Source of the DNA: Sedimentisphaerales bacterium
Lineage (GTDB): Bacteria > Planctomycetota > Phycisphaerae > Sedimentisphaerales > SM23-30
Assembly: GCA_963663965.2 (NCBI GenBank)
Contig: CAXXFK010000001.1
Location: 1 to 64,000, forward strand
DNA length: 64,000 bases
Direction of reading: 5' to 3'
Positions within the stretch are counted from its first letter, which is position 1. The number at the start of each line of letters is the position of its first letter. The notes under the pieces are model-generated. The model worked only from the letters and a program-made list of their open reading frames with translations, did no database searches and was not told where the DNA came from. Shown here one piece after another: positions 10,343-21,500 of this stretch. The position numbers and the translations under genes are program-made.

Positions 10343-10894
10343 TATATAAATTTACTCACATCCACCCTGATTGCTAAATTTCAAACCAGAATGCCAACCA
10401 GATAAAGTCTGTTTATTTATGATGATTCCCAAACCAACCAACCCAGCCACTACCAAAATTCATATCGTTTGATTACAACCATCCCTTAATTGCCAATAAA
10501 TAAATATTACTACATATCACAAATCACACAGCAAAAACCATCATGACACCAAATCCATAATAAATAACCAGTTACAGACAATTATTAACGCACAACAATA
10601 AAGACAAATAAAACTTTATTACTGACAAATATTTCACTCAATAACCCGGATCAAACAGGAAATAAACTGACATTGAAACATAAACTATCCCGAAATGCCG
10701 ACTTATAAAAAACCATTAAATAACATCATTATTTCAAATAAAGCTATAGTCGTTATTCTAAATAACAGATTATAAATATATATTGCTAATGCCGTTATTT
10801 TTATCACAAACTAAATGATAACTAACAGGCAAACGTGAAATCACCCGTTTTCTGCACATCTGAAACAGGTTTACTCCTTTAATTCCGGTCAGTA

Positions 10895-11251
10895 TTAATG
10901 CCTCCCTTTATAAAACTGCCACCCCAACAGCAAGGCCGTTTGCAACAGAACAATTAAAAACCAGATCAGAAAAAATGACATTTTCCTCGTTTTATGGCGA
11001 TACAATACCATCCCCCCCAATGCCCCCAGGCTGCCCCCGATTAATGCGACGCCATGCAAAACCAGTTCAGGTATCCGCACAGCCCCCTTTTTAGACAAAT
11101 GCTTATCATACCCGAAAACAATAAATGCGACCAGATTAACACTCAACAGATAACTCCACCCCAATCCAATATGCCCCCAATACCCAAGAGCGAATCCAAT
11201 CACCAGTATAAACAGCAACACGACAAACCCGGTTCTTCTGACAATATTCAA
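10895..11251 (-). CDS. DUF1294 family membrane protein
   Basis: FGYDK...RIPE...GGSLGA...RHKTRK signature. Confidence 0.85.
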   Translation of the reverse strand: MNIVRRTGFVVLLFILVIGFALGYWGHIGLGWSYLLSVNLVAFIVFGYDKHLSKKGAVRIPELVLHGVALIGGSLGALGGMVLYRHKTRKMSFFLIWFLIVLLQTALLLGWQFYKGRH

Positions 11252-11451
11252 AAAACAATCCCTTCTTAATTCGCGGTGTTAACTATATTTTTGAAATATT
11301 ATATTTAAGATTAGCATCTAATGCTCAGATATTTTTATCTGGATATTGACCTGACGAACAAACAATATTATAACATACCTGATATCAAGTAGTTAGACTT
11401 ATATCCAGGATACGAATCCCTAATTTATCATCCCTTCATAAGGACCCGATC

Positions 11452-12954
11452 ATGAACATCACCCAAATCGATCAACTCAAAGACTTCATTGACCAGACAG
11501 TCGAATTGCGTGGCTGGGTTTATAATATGCGTTCCAGCGGCAAGGTCTTGTTCATCATCCTCCGTGATGGCACTGGCTTGTGCCAGTGTATCTACGAAAA
11601 GAAAGAGGAAAACGCCGAGATCTTTGCCGAAACCAAACATCTCGGTCAGGAATCCGCTATCATCATCCGGGGTGAAGTCCGTCAGGAACCTCGCGCCGTT
11701 GGCGGCTACGAACTGGCGGCCCATGATGTCCAAATCATCCACAAAACCGAAGGCTACCCCATCACTCCCAAAGAACACGGCATCGACTTTCTGCTTAAAA
11801 ACCGCCACCTTCATCTCCGCTCTCACAAACAATGGGCCCTGGCCCGGATTCGCCATACGGTGGTTGAATCCATTCGAAACTTTTTCAACAACAATGGCTT
11901 TACTCTGGTGGATACCCCGATTTTCGCCCCCAGTGCCGGCGAAGGCGAACAAACCCTCTTCATGGTTGATTACTTCGGCGAACCGGTCGCCCTGGCCCAG
12001 ACCGGCCAGCTCTATCTCGAAGCCGCTGCATTAAGTCTGGGCAAGGTCTATTGTTTCGGCCCCACCTTCCGCGCCGAAAAAAGCAAAACCCGCCGCCATC
12101 TCACTGAATTCTGGATGGTCGAACCGGAAATCGCCTATATCAACCATGATGAACTCATGCATGTCGCCGAAGACTTCATCTGTGCCATTATTCAAGGGGT
12201 GCTCACCCATCGCCGGCCGGAACTGGAAATCCTCGAACGCGACCCGGCCCAACTCGAAAATATGAAGACCCCTTTCGTTCGCCTGAGCTATTCCGACGCG
12301 GTCGATCTCTTGCACAGCGACCGCGCCCGCCAATGGCTCGAATCGCAATTGGCCGAAAAACAACAGCAGGCCGATGAACTCCAGGCCAGTATCGCCCAAT
12401 GGAACGAAGAAGCTAAAACAGCCCAGAAGCAATGGCAAAAAGACAAACTCGCTAATCAGATCGCCAAAGGCAATGAACTGCTTGGCGAACTTCGCGAACA
12501 GGTCGAAAACATCCCCAAACACATCGAACTGGCCCGGAACTTCACCTGGGGCAAAGATCTTGGCGGCTCCGACGAAACCATCATCTCCGCCCTGCATGAC
12601 CGGCCGGTCTTCGTCCACCGCTACCCGCGTGACTGCAAAGCCTTCTACATGAAGCCAGATCCCCGGGACAACCGTGTTGTCCTCAACTTCGATTGCCTGG
12701 CCCCCGAAGGCTACGGCGAGATTATCGGTGGCTCCATGCGTGAAGAAAGCTACGATGCACTCCTGAACCGCATCCACGATGAGGGCTACGATCCGGCCGA
12801 TTATGGCTGGTATCTTGACCTGCGCAAATACGGCTCGGTCCCGCACGGCGGTTTTGGACTGGGCGTCGAACGCACCGTCGCCTGGATGGCCGGCATCAAA
12901 CATGTCCGCGAGACCATCGCCTATCCGCGCATGATGGGCAAAATCCCGCTATAA
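11452..12954 (+). CDS. asnS: Asparagine--tRNA ligase (with ~70-aa insertion)
   Basis: OB-fold GWV..R.SGK..F..LRDGTG; motif 2 FRAEKSKTRRHLTEFW; EIIGGS; motif 3 PHGGFGLGVER. Confidence 0.95.
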   Translation: MNITQIDQLKDFIDQTVELRGWVYNMRSSGKVLFIILRDGTGLCQCIYEKKEENAEIFAETKHLGQESAIIIRGEVRQEPRAVGGYELAAHDVQIIHKTEGYPITPKEHGIDFLLKNRHLHLRSHKQWALARIRHTVVESIRNFFNNNGFTLVDTPIFAPSAGEGEQTLFMVDYFGEPVALAQTGQLYLEAAALSLGKVYCFGPTFRAEKSKTRRHLTEFWMVEPEIAYINHDELMHVAEDFICAIIQGVLTHRRPELEILERDPAQLENMKTPFVRLSYSDAVDLLHSDRARQWLESQLAEKQQQADELQASIAQWNEEAKTAQKQWQKDKLANQIAKGNELLGELREQVENIPKHIELARNFTWGKDLGGSDETIISALHDRPVFVHRYPRDCKAFYMKPDPRDNRVVLNFDCLAPEGYGEIIGGSMREESYDALLNRIHDEGYDPADYGWYLDLRKYGSVPHGGFGLGVERTVAWMAGIKHVRETIAYPRMMGKIPL

Positions 12955-12970
12955 TGGGATAACACTCATA

Positions 12971-15900
12971 TTACGGTTCTTGCGTCCACTGCTCGATCAA
13001 CACAGTCATATCGCGCATGTCGATTCGGCAATCGCCTCCCACAGGCGCGATATCAATTGTCCGGGCCCGGCTGTCATCCAGCCAGAAACAGGCCAGTTCA
13101 CAGACATCCCTCAGATCGATCACATAATCATTATTTAAATCGCCATCCAATACCTCTGAAAGCCGGGGCCAGATGACCACATCGCTCTGTTGGCCATCGT
13201 ATAAAACATAGGATCGCATAATCACCTGTTCACGAGGACGCATGGCAATCCAGTTTTGTGTCATGGAAAAGATCGATGCCGGGGCCAGGTCCGCAAAACT
13301 TTTGGTATAACGCTCCAGAGCAACTCCACTGCGATCCAGAATCTCCAGAACCATCATACCGCTCAAATTTACCTCACCGCCATTTTTAACCCGGCACAGA
13401 ATCCCGATATCTTCTTTGCTATCAAAACACTCCGGATCAACGATAATGGAACCTGGCACGCATCGCGCCTGGCCAATCCTGAACGCCACTGTTTCCTTAT
13501 CAAGCAGATGACCTGCCTTGGTTTTCAATTCAACCTGGAGTTCATAATCCCCCATCGGCGCCTGCACTGCCGTCGGGTCCCACTGCCAGCTGCTCGAACC
13601 CAATGCCTGAACATCCTGCAGTAACTTGACCGGCAATCCAAACGCCAGATTATCATAACCTTGAGCCACCATTCGAGCCTCTGCAATCACATCCAGTGGC
13701 TTGTAAACAATCCCTTTCTCACGATAGATATACAGATCGGCGCGGACAATATCCCCTGCCTGATAGACTTTTTTGTCAGTGACCAGCTTATTGATCTCAA
13801 CCGAAGAAGTGTGATAGTCAATATCCAGCATACAATAATTGGTAAATGAATAATTGGTCGTTTCCGGCCAGGTTTTAAACGGATAAATTTTGATAAACAG
13901 CGTGGTAGATCCATCCGGATTCTTCTGTACACTCCAATCCAGTGGATGATCCGGCCAGGGTGTCATGATCGGTCCGCCGGAATCCTCTAATTCAGAATCA
14001 CCATCAACCTCCATCTTTAAAAATGGCAACGGCAATCCGGTACCGGTGACAGTCTGGCCCGGTTTGCTGATCGAGACATTCTCTATCTGGTAGCCCTGGG
14101 GCCAGTGAATCGTCACCGGCCAGGCCGGCAGTTTCGGCCGGTACACCTCATGATAACCCACTCCTCCAGGGATACTGATGCTCGCTTCGCCCTCAAACCA
14201 ATCCACCTCATAATCGGGGATCTGCACATCAACGGTATCCACCGGACCATTCAATTCCAATCCGAACGCTGCCGGAGCCGACGCCGGCAACAGCCCGCCC
14301 TCGACCGGGGCTACCGCCGCGATTGGTTCCATCTTCGGATCGCCGAATACATGATAGATCGCCGAATGGTATTTCCCCTTGCTGTTATCATCTCCCATAC
14401 GATTACGCTTGGCCTCTTTCATCGCACGGCCCAATGGATAGCCCGGACCATACCGGTCAAAAAATCCTTCTGACAACAACTTCGAATAGGTACTGTATGT
14501 CACCTCGGTCGAACCAATATAAGCGCTGGCGCCAAATTCCATCCAGTGCTCGCTATAGGTACTGTCTCCGGCAAAATACCGGCCGGTCAGGCAGGTATCG
14601 CCATAAACCAGCGGCGCGCCCGATCCCGGATCCCACTGCGCCTCCAATTCCCACGAGTCCTTGCCATCCCAGACATTGGCGTTGCCATGGCCGGTCAGAT
14701 AGATCAAATCACGATTGATGCAATGCGCAAAGAAGGTCGCCTCATCCACCTGATCATCCTGATCCACGGTCAGATAGCCCCGGCCCCGCAGTTGTCTTAC
14801 CCGGTCCCGGCGTTTATCGTCGAACCGGTTGTCATCATCATCGTCATCATCACCGCTGACCACATAAGCCGACGACGTATCCAGCAACTGATCGCCGCGT
14901 GCGATATCAATACAGGTCTGCAGTTTATCGGCCATCTTAAACGGACAATTACCATTGATCCTTCCTATACTGAGCTCCGGAAATTTCATATCGCCCGAGG
15001 TATTGCTGTAATAATTGTCGGTGAACTCAATATAATGCCGGCCGCCATACCCATACAAATAATACGAACAGGCAAAGGATGGAATGATCTCAATTTCGCC
15101 AACGATAAGCAAATAGCCATTCCCTGCCCAGCCGTCAGCCATTTTCTCGGTCCATTCACCCCCGGGATTGATCAAACGGTCCAGATCATGCCGGTCGCCC
15201 GGCTCTTCAGTACCGTTATAAACCGAATAGGCGAATAGCTCGATATCATGTTCGGAATAGTTGTCATGACGGCTGCCCCGGGCAAAAATATACTGCTCCT
15301 GGGGCTGGTCCAGGACATAACCGCAACGGACAATATCATCCGAGGCTATCGTCCGGTTGAAACCACCCACTTTAGTGGCGCCAGTCTCGCTAATCTGCCA
15401 GATATCCAGCCGGTCCGCCGATTCATCCGCAACGGCCAGCCCCTCGTCGCATACCATCAGATGATCCTGACTGCTCAAAGTGCAGGGGAACCGCAGATGA
15501 ATCGTCTCATCATCTCCATTGTATATCACAATCTCATTCGCCGAGACATCGCCAATCACAATCTCATCGCCCACTGCCGGCAACAAATCGCCGATCGCCA
15601 CGACATCGCCCGGTTGATACACACTGGCAAACTGATCCTGGGCAGTGCCGCCTTCGCCATAATATCCCTTGATCACGCCATCCTGGTTGAACAGGACAAT
15701 CTCAGAGCACGAATTCGGGTTGGTTACAATCATATCACCGATCAGAACCTGGTCGCCTTCTGAGGGATTATAGGGCACTGTGCCGGTAAACCGCTCAAAT
15801 TCATTAATCGCGTGATTAAACCGGTAAACGGTCAAATCCCCGCGATGCGATCCCGCCCCGGTTATGACAGCAATCTCATCCAGGGGTTCATAGCCATCCG

Positions 15901-18046
15901 ACACCGTTTTGATATTTCCCACCAACAGCGCGTCGCTGGTCGTCAGCTCATGCTGAATCGGCATGCGTCCCCGGTCCAGGGTGCGTTCGTGAGCGCCATC
16001 ATAGATCCGGATCCGGTTGGGATCATCCGCCATCACAATCTCATCACGCCAGTCCCAGCAGACATTGCCGCATTTCAACTTATCATTCCCATCAAAATTG
16101 GTATGCATATGAGTCTGCCCGTTGAAAAACGCCAGCACCCCCCCGCGTTCAATGGCCAGTTCCGCCATCTTCACCAGCAACAGGTTGCAGCCGTCATGGT
16201 CATAAGCCCCAAACAAATTATATGGATTGGTGATCATCAGATAATCGGATGCCTTAAACGCATTCAATACATCCACATCCACTCGAGTTCTGGATAAACA
16301 ATGATTCACATGCGGAATACTGTCTGTCAGATTATAAATCCGGCCGTAATCATCCACAAAATCCAGCGCCGCGTCGTCGCCGATCTGATAATCTTCTATA
16401 CCCTCATACATAACCGGAACTGCGTCATAACTGAATGTCATACTGTCATCCGGTTCCAGATAATCGTTCCAGTCAAATGTCATCACGCTTTGACGATTAT
16501 AAACATCATACCCCAGCGTCCCCGTATTGCCCGGATTATGAGTAAAAACTGCCTGGAATCCTGTAATCCGCTCCACAAATCGATCGATCGTAACGGGTAG
16601 TAAACCGGAATTCTCCACCGTCACATCAACATGGAAATAATGACCCGCCGGATCCCGTTCGATCTCACGCGTCACAAACATACGCGCCTGCCTTCGGTCC
16701 ACTCCCAGGCCCAGGTCCTCGCGCGTGATACACCCGGCGGTGCTTTCCACCTCAATACGAATCGCATGGTCACTCGGCGCGTTTAATACCCCCGTTGTGA
16801 TTTCACCCACATAATACTCATCATCCGGATCGTCCGGATACAGCGTCTCCTGCAAGACATCGTCAAAATACAACCGCACCTCACGCACTGCCTGCCACAC
16901 CGCATCACGATTGCCCCGGTCTCTCGGATTATAGGGATCGGGCGGGATCTCGATGATTCCCTCGCACCGCTCCTTGGCATGGATATAAAACTGAATCGTA
17001 TGCCCCGGCCAGGTTGGCTCCGGTGTCAAGACATAAAACGAGCCGGAAGTATTGTACCATAACGAAACCTCCGGACAATGAAACATTTCAGCCCACGAAA
17101 CACTCGCCTGACAACTGTTACCTGCCAGATCATAAACCGTCGCGACCACATCATGAGCATTATCAAAAAAGACCGAATGATCCAGACCAATAAATCCCGG
17201 ATTCATGATGCACTCAAACGGAGGATCGTAATCCACCCAGAAGGTCTGACCGTCGATTTCAAATTCGACCCTATCTACACCTTCATTATCATCCGCGTTC
17301 GCAAAAAAATGCATGGGAAGCGTTCCGATCATGGGCATGATCACATTTCCCTTGGGATTGGCGTTGTCAATGACCGGCGGACTCAGAAAATATTGCGCCG
17401 CGCTGGTCACGGTATTACCGGATGGATCGGTAGACTGCACTTTATATTGGTAAGTGGTTCCCGGCAACAGGTTCGACAAACCCAGCGAATGATTCTTGGT
17501 CATCGTCGCGCTGGATACCGATTGATCGAACATACCCGTATTGCGACCAAACAGGACTCGGCTGTCGCTGTCCTCATCGGTCTCCCAGACAATTTTTATT
17601 GCCTTGATATATTCAACCGATGGCCCGGCAACGATCACCGGTGGATCTTCATCACACGACCAGTACTCCGTCCGGATATTGTTCTTTTCATTTGACTCCG
17701 TGATGTCCTTATTGGCATCCGCCACCGCTTCCACCGCATGCCCCGGTGTCTGACTGTCGCAATGGTATTCCGCTTTACGGAAATAATCCGTTATCCGCTG
17801 GCCCGGTTTCAAGGACTCGGTAATCGAAAAATATTCGATCAACTGACCATCAATTGCAATACTGATATCGAAATCACCCGAACTGTAAAGCTGACCGACA
17901 TTCATCACCTGAAAATAGATCTGGCTGCCTTCCGGCCACAAATCAGTAATCACCAGATCCGGTCGCAAATCCTGTTGTGCCCAGAGCATGCCATTCAATA
18001 ACGTGACAAATAATAATATCCGACATGAAAAATGGTTCCGTAGCAT
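12971..18046 (-). CDS. Large secreted multidomain protein: CARDB, FN3/Ig-like, peptidase C25 (gingipain-like), C-terminal dockerin-like repeat
   Basis: Signal peptide; PDLVI...ESNEKNN (CARDB); YLLIVGE, PELSIGRI, TGHGN, GDTCLTG, YHVFGDP (C25); GDLNNDYVIDLRD and GDCRIDMRD at the C-terminus. Confidence 0.75.
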   Translation of the reverse strand: MLRNHFSCRILLFVTLLNGMLWAQQDLRPDLVITDLWPEGSQIYFQVMNVGQLYSSGDFDISIAIDGQLIEYFSITESLKPGQRITDYFRKAEYHCDSQTPGHAVEAVADANKDITESNEKNNIRTEYWSCDEDPPVIVAGPSVEYIKAIKIVWETDEDSDSRVLFGRNTGMFDQSVSSATMTKNHSLGLSNLLPGTTYQYKVQSTDPSGNTVTSAAQYFLSPPVIDNANPKGNVIMPMIGTLPMHFFANADDNEGVDRVEFEIDGQTFWVDYDPPFECIMNPGFIGLDHSVFFDNAHDVVATVYDLAGNSCQASVSWAEMFHCPEVSLWYNTSGSFYVLTPEPTWPGHTIQFYIHAKERCEGIIEIPPDPYNPRDRGNRDAVWQAVREVRLYFDDVLQETLYPDDPDDEYYVGEITTGVLNAPSDHAIRIEVESTAGCITREDLGLGVDRRQARMFVTREIERDPAGHYFHVDVTVENSGLLPVTIDRFVERITGFQAVFTHNPGNTGTLGYDVYNRQSVMTFDWNDYLEPDDSMTFSYDAVPVMYEGIEDYQIGDDAALDFVDDYGRIYNLTDSIPHVNHCLSRTRVDVDVLNAFKASDYLMITNPYNLFGAYDHDGCNLLLVKMAELAIERGGVLAFFNGQTHMHTNFDGNDKLKCGNVCWDWRDEIVMADDPNRIRIYDGAHERTLDRGRMPIQHELTTSDALLVGNIKTVSDGYEPLDEIAVITGAGSHRGDLTVYRFNHAINEFERFTGTVPYNPSEGDQVLIGDMIVTNPNSCSEIVLFNQDGVIKGYYGEGGTAQDQFASVYQPGDVVAIGDLLPAVGDEIVIGDVSANEIVIYNGDDETIHLRFPCTLSSQDHLMVCDEGLAVADESADRLDIWQISETGATKVGGFNRTIASDDIVRCGYVLDQPQEQYIFARGSRHDNYSEHDIELFAYSVYNGTEEPGDRHDLDRLINPGGEWTEKMADGWAGNGYLLIVGEIEIIPSFACSYYLYGYGGRHYIEFTDNYYSNTSGDMKFPELSIGRINGNCPFKMADKLQTCIDIARGDQLLDTSSAYVVSGDDDDDDDNRFDDKRRDRVRQLRGRGYLTVDQDDQVDEATFFAHCINRDLIYLTGHGNANVWDGKDSWELEAQWDPGSGAPLVYGDTCLTGRYFAGDSTYSEHWMEFGASAYIGSTEVTYSTYSKLLSEGFFDRYGPGYPLGRAMKEAKRNRMGDDNSKGKYHSAIYHVFGDPKMEPIAAVAPVEGGLLPASAPAAFGLELNGPVDTVDVQIPDYEVDWFEGEASISIPGGVGYHEVYRPKLPAWPVTIHWPQGYQIENVSISKPGQTVTGTGLPLPFLKMEVDGDSELEDSGGPIMTPWPDHPLDWSVQKNPDGSTTLFIKIYPFKTWPETTNYSFTNYCMLDIDYHTSSVEINKLVTDKKVYQAGDIVRADLYIYREKGIVYKPLDVIAEARMVAQGYDNLAFGLPVKLLQDVQALGSSSWQWDPTAVQAPMGDYELQVELKTKAGHLLDKETVAFRIGQARCVPGSIIVDPECFDSKEDIGILCRVKNGGEVNLSGMMVLEILDRSGVALERYTKSFADLAPASIFSMTQNWIAMRPREQVIMRSYVLYDGQQSDVVIWPRLSEVLDGDLNNDYVIDLRDVCELACFWLDDSRARTIDIAPVGGDCRIDMRDMTVLIEQWTQEP

Positions 18047-18539
18047 TTAACTTCTCCTTAAATGTTAATTAGACTTTATGTCATTATACAACTTTCTGCC
18101 ATTAAGATTCCAGTTGCATTTTCATTTGTTTAGAAATTTCTTTGAATTATCAGATGTTGTTTCGATATGCACTGAAAAGGATGGCAACCGTTTCACTGCC
18201 TTACATATCCCCTTTAATTTCATCGTCTTAAAAGGGGTTCCCATTCAGCAGAAAATAACCGGCCCAATGTCACCTCCTATCCAGAATAATACGGATTATG
18301 TCAGTATATCCTATTTCAGTCTGGACAATTGTTTCAAATTCTGTTAATTTGGATTCTTGGTAATCCTTATATGGATTGACCTGCATAACTTATTGTTCGA
18401 CAATATGTTATTTGAATTAACAGGGTGTTTTCGCAAACCAGACTGGCACAGAATATTCTGTTATTTGACTGAATGCCAGAAGCTAAATAATATTTTCATG
18501 GATGAAAATAAATAAACGGTTGATTTAAAGGAGTAAATC

Positions 18540-21500
18540 ATGAGCCGTCTAATCAGTAAATTTTGGGTACTGGTCGGCATCTTTGCCATAATCAACATCT
18601 CAGGTATTCTCTGGATTCATCATGACCTGACTCGGGTCGCCCCCCGGACAATCCTGATCAAATCCGCCACCCCGCTGGTCAATGCGGAAAACGCGAAACG
18701 TTTCTCTCTGGTTTTTGATCGGCCTCTGGCCCATACCAATGGCAATAACATTCTGTCTGCGGACACCCTGTTTAAACTGGAACCGGATTGGCCCGGTCAA
18801 TGGGTCTGGGCTGATGACAATACGCTCGATTACCGGTTTGATAAACCTTTGCCATCCGGTCGGATTTTTAATGTACGTCCGATAATTAACTTTAAAAAAA
18901 CCACAGGCTGGGTCCTGGCTGGTGATAATGAATTTGAAATTAAAACCAGCCCGCTGTGCCTTGAAAACTGTCAACTGGACTCCGTCGACGAGGAACAGGT
19001 TACCCTGGAGTTGACTTTCAGTCAACTGGTTGGTCCGGCCGATCTGGTTCAGTCAATCCGATTCACCGATGATAAAACCAGGGAACATTTGGATCAGGTT
19101 CTCTGCCTGACCAAAACTCAGGATACGCGCCTGGTCATTCAAGTGCAACGCCCTGACAGCGATACTCTGAAAATGGAATTGATGGCCGGCCTCACCGGAT
19201 ACCAGGCCCAGATTCCTCTGGAAGAGACCATCTGCCGTACCTTTACCCTGGAACAGGGATTCTCGCTGCTGAACAGCTATGCCTCGACTCCCAGACTCGA
19301 TCAGGGCGTCACGGTAACACTCCGTTTTTCACATTCGCTCAATAGTGAACAAGCCATACCCCACCTGCAAATCGAACCCAGGGTAGAAAACGTCGCCTTG
19401 CGTCGTAGTTCGCGTTATCTGAGAATCGATGGCAAATTCATTCCAGGCGAAACCTATACGATCACAGTCCCGGCGACTTTATCGGATACCAACAACCGAA
19501 CCCTCGGCAAAGAACAGCGAACCACCGTTCGAATCGGCGATTACCATCCGGAACTCGCCTTTTCCTGGTCACAGGGAATCCTGTCGCCCTATGGCAATCT
19601 TCAGACCGAACTGCAGGCTGTCAATATCGACCAGATCGAAATATCCGCCTGGAAACTGCTCGAAAACAATCTGGTGACTCATCTGCATCATAACTCAAGC
19701 TGGTATTGTGACGAAACGTCGCAACTTATTTTAAACCAGACCCTCTCACCCAGGATGCCCAATAATCAGCCGCAGAAAATCCTGCTCGAACTGGATCGAT
19801 TGCTGGGCAAACCTCTGGGGGTTTATCGAATCAGCGCGGATTTAAACAACGCACCCTGGAACTCCTGCGAAACGGTCGTCACGATCACCGATCTGGCCAT
19901 CACTGCCAAAACCGAACGGGACGGCATGCTGGTATGGGTTACCTCCCTGCGCCACGGTCAGCCGGTGGCAGACGTCACCGTCAGCGGCTTGAGTTATAAC
20001 AATCAACTGCTCGCTGCCGCCCAAACCGATGTCAATGGACTGGCCCGGCTCCAATATGTTTCCAACCATCCCGACGGAGTCCCCTGGGTGATCACGGCTC
20101 GAAAAGATAATGACCTGGCCTTTCTACAACCAGGCGACAATCAGTGGCTCTTCGATGACGTCAACCAGTCCGGCCAGGAATACCCCCGGAATTATGAAGT
20201 CATGCTCTATTCCGAACGGGGTGTTTACCGGCCCGGGGAAACGATTTTTCTAAGCGGAATCCTGCGTGATCGAAAAGGCGAAATCCCCACACCATTTCCT
20301 CTCAATTTAAAAGTCACCCGGCCCGATGGCCGACAGCTGGCCGATATCCCGGTTCAACCCCACTCAAGCGGCCAGGGAATCTACCATGTGGCTTATCAAA
20401 CCGCCATCAGCCATCAAACCGGAACTTACCAGTTCGATGTCACCCTGCCTAGTTCGGAAGAATCGCTGGGAACGGTCTCCGCGCAATTAGAAGCGTTTGT
20501 CCCGGTGCGGATGGAAGTGAACGCGTCGACAGTGAAAGAAATCTTCGGACCGGATGATTGCCCTGAAATGGATATCTCGGCGCGTTATCTCTGGGACCAA
20601 CCCGCGGCCGGACTGTCTCTGACCCTGACCGGACGGCTCCGTCAGGTCAATTTCCACTCGAATAAATATCCCGATCGCCAGTTTGGAATGCCATTATCCA
20701 GTCAGGATATTCTGCTGCCTGAAATCACCGAACAACTCGCCCAGGATGGCAAAGCGCACCTGAAAGCCCCTCTGCCCGAACAGATTATGCCGGGACGTTA
20801 CCAGACTAATCTGACAGCAACCGTTTCCGAACCCGGCGGCCGGTCAGTATCCGCCAATATCCAGTGTGTTCTGGATCGGTTGAATACGCATCTGGGCCTC
20901 AGGCTGCCGGACGGCCGACTGGCCCAACCCCAGACCCCCTTTACGCTGGACTGGATCGCATTAAATGCCCTGGAAGATTCCATATCGGTAAAATCGCTGG
21001 ATATGGAATTCAGCCGCATCGAATACAATACGGTTCTTAAAGAGGTGAATGATCGTTACGTCTGGCGCTCGGAAGAAATCCTTCATACCATCGAATCGCG
21101 TCAGATATTATGCAATGCCAGTACCGGTCGGCTTGAATTAACCTGTCCGTCCATCGGACGCTACCGCCTTGATCTCAGGGATCCGGATTCGCGCAGTATC
21201 AGTCGAATTGAATTCTATGCCCGGTCTTCAGACAGTAGCAGCGTCGTCCGTTCTATGAATCAACCGGAACGACTGGACCTGATCACCGATCGCGCCCAAT
21301 ACGCCCCGGGCGACGAAATGGACATCCTGATTCAATCGCCGGTCTCCGGAACTATGTTAATGACCCTGGAAACCGATCAGATTATCGTTTCAAAACTTGA
21401 AACTGTTCCTCAAAATACTGCCCGGGCAAAGTTGAAAATACCTGCCGATTTGCGCGGCAGTGCGTACCTGACAGCGTCCATAGTCCGTCCGGTCGATCCC

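Noticed and set aside
12316..12540. Intein in asnS
   Set aside because: No N-terminal Cys/Ser splice block or terminal His-Asn motif; the sequence is helical and too short.
18444..18460. Sigma54 promoter (TGGCAC) upstream of the A2M gene
   Set aside because: The -12 TTGC element is missing at the required spacing.
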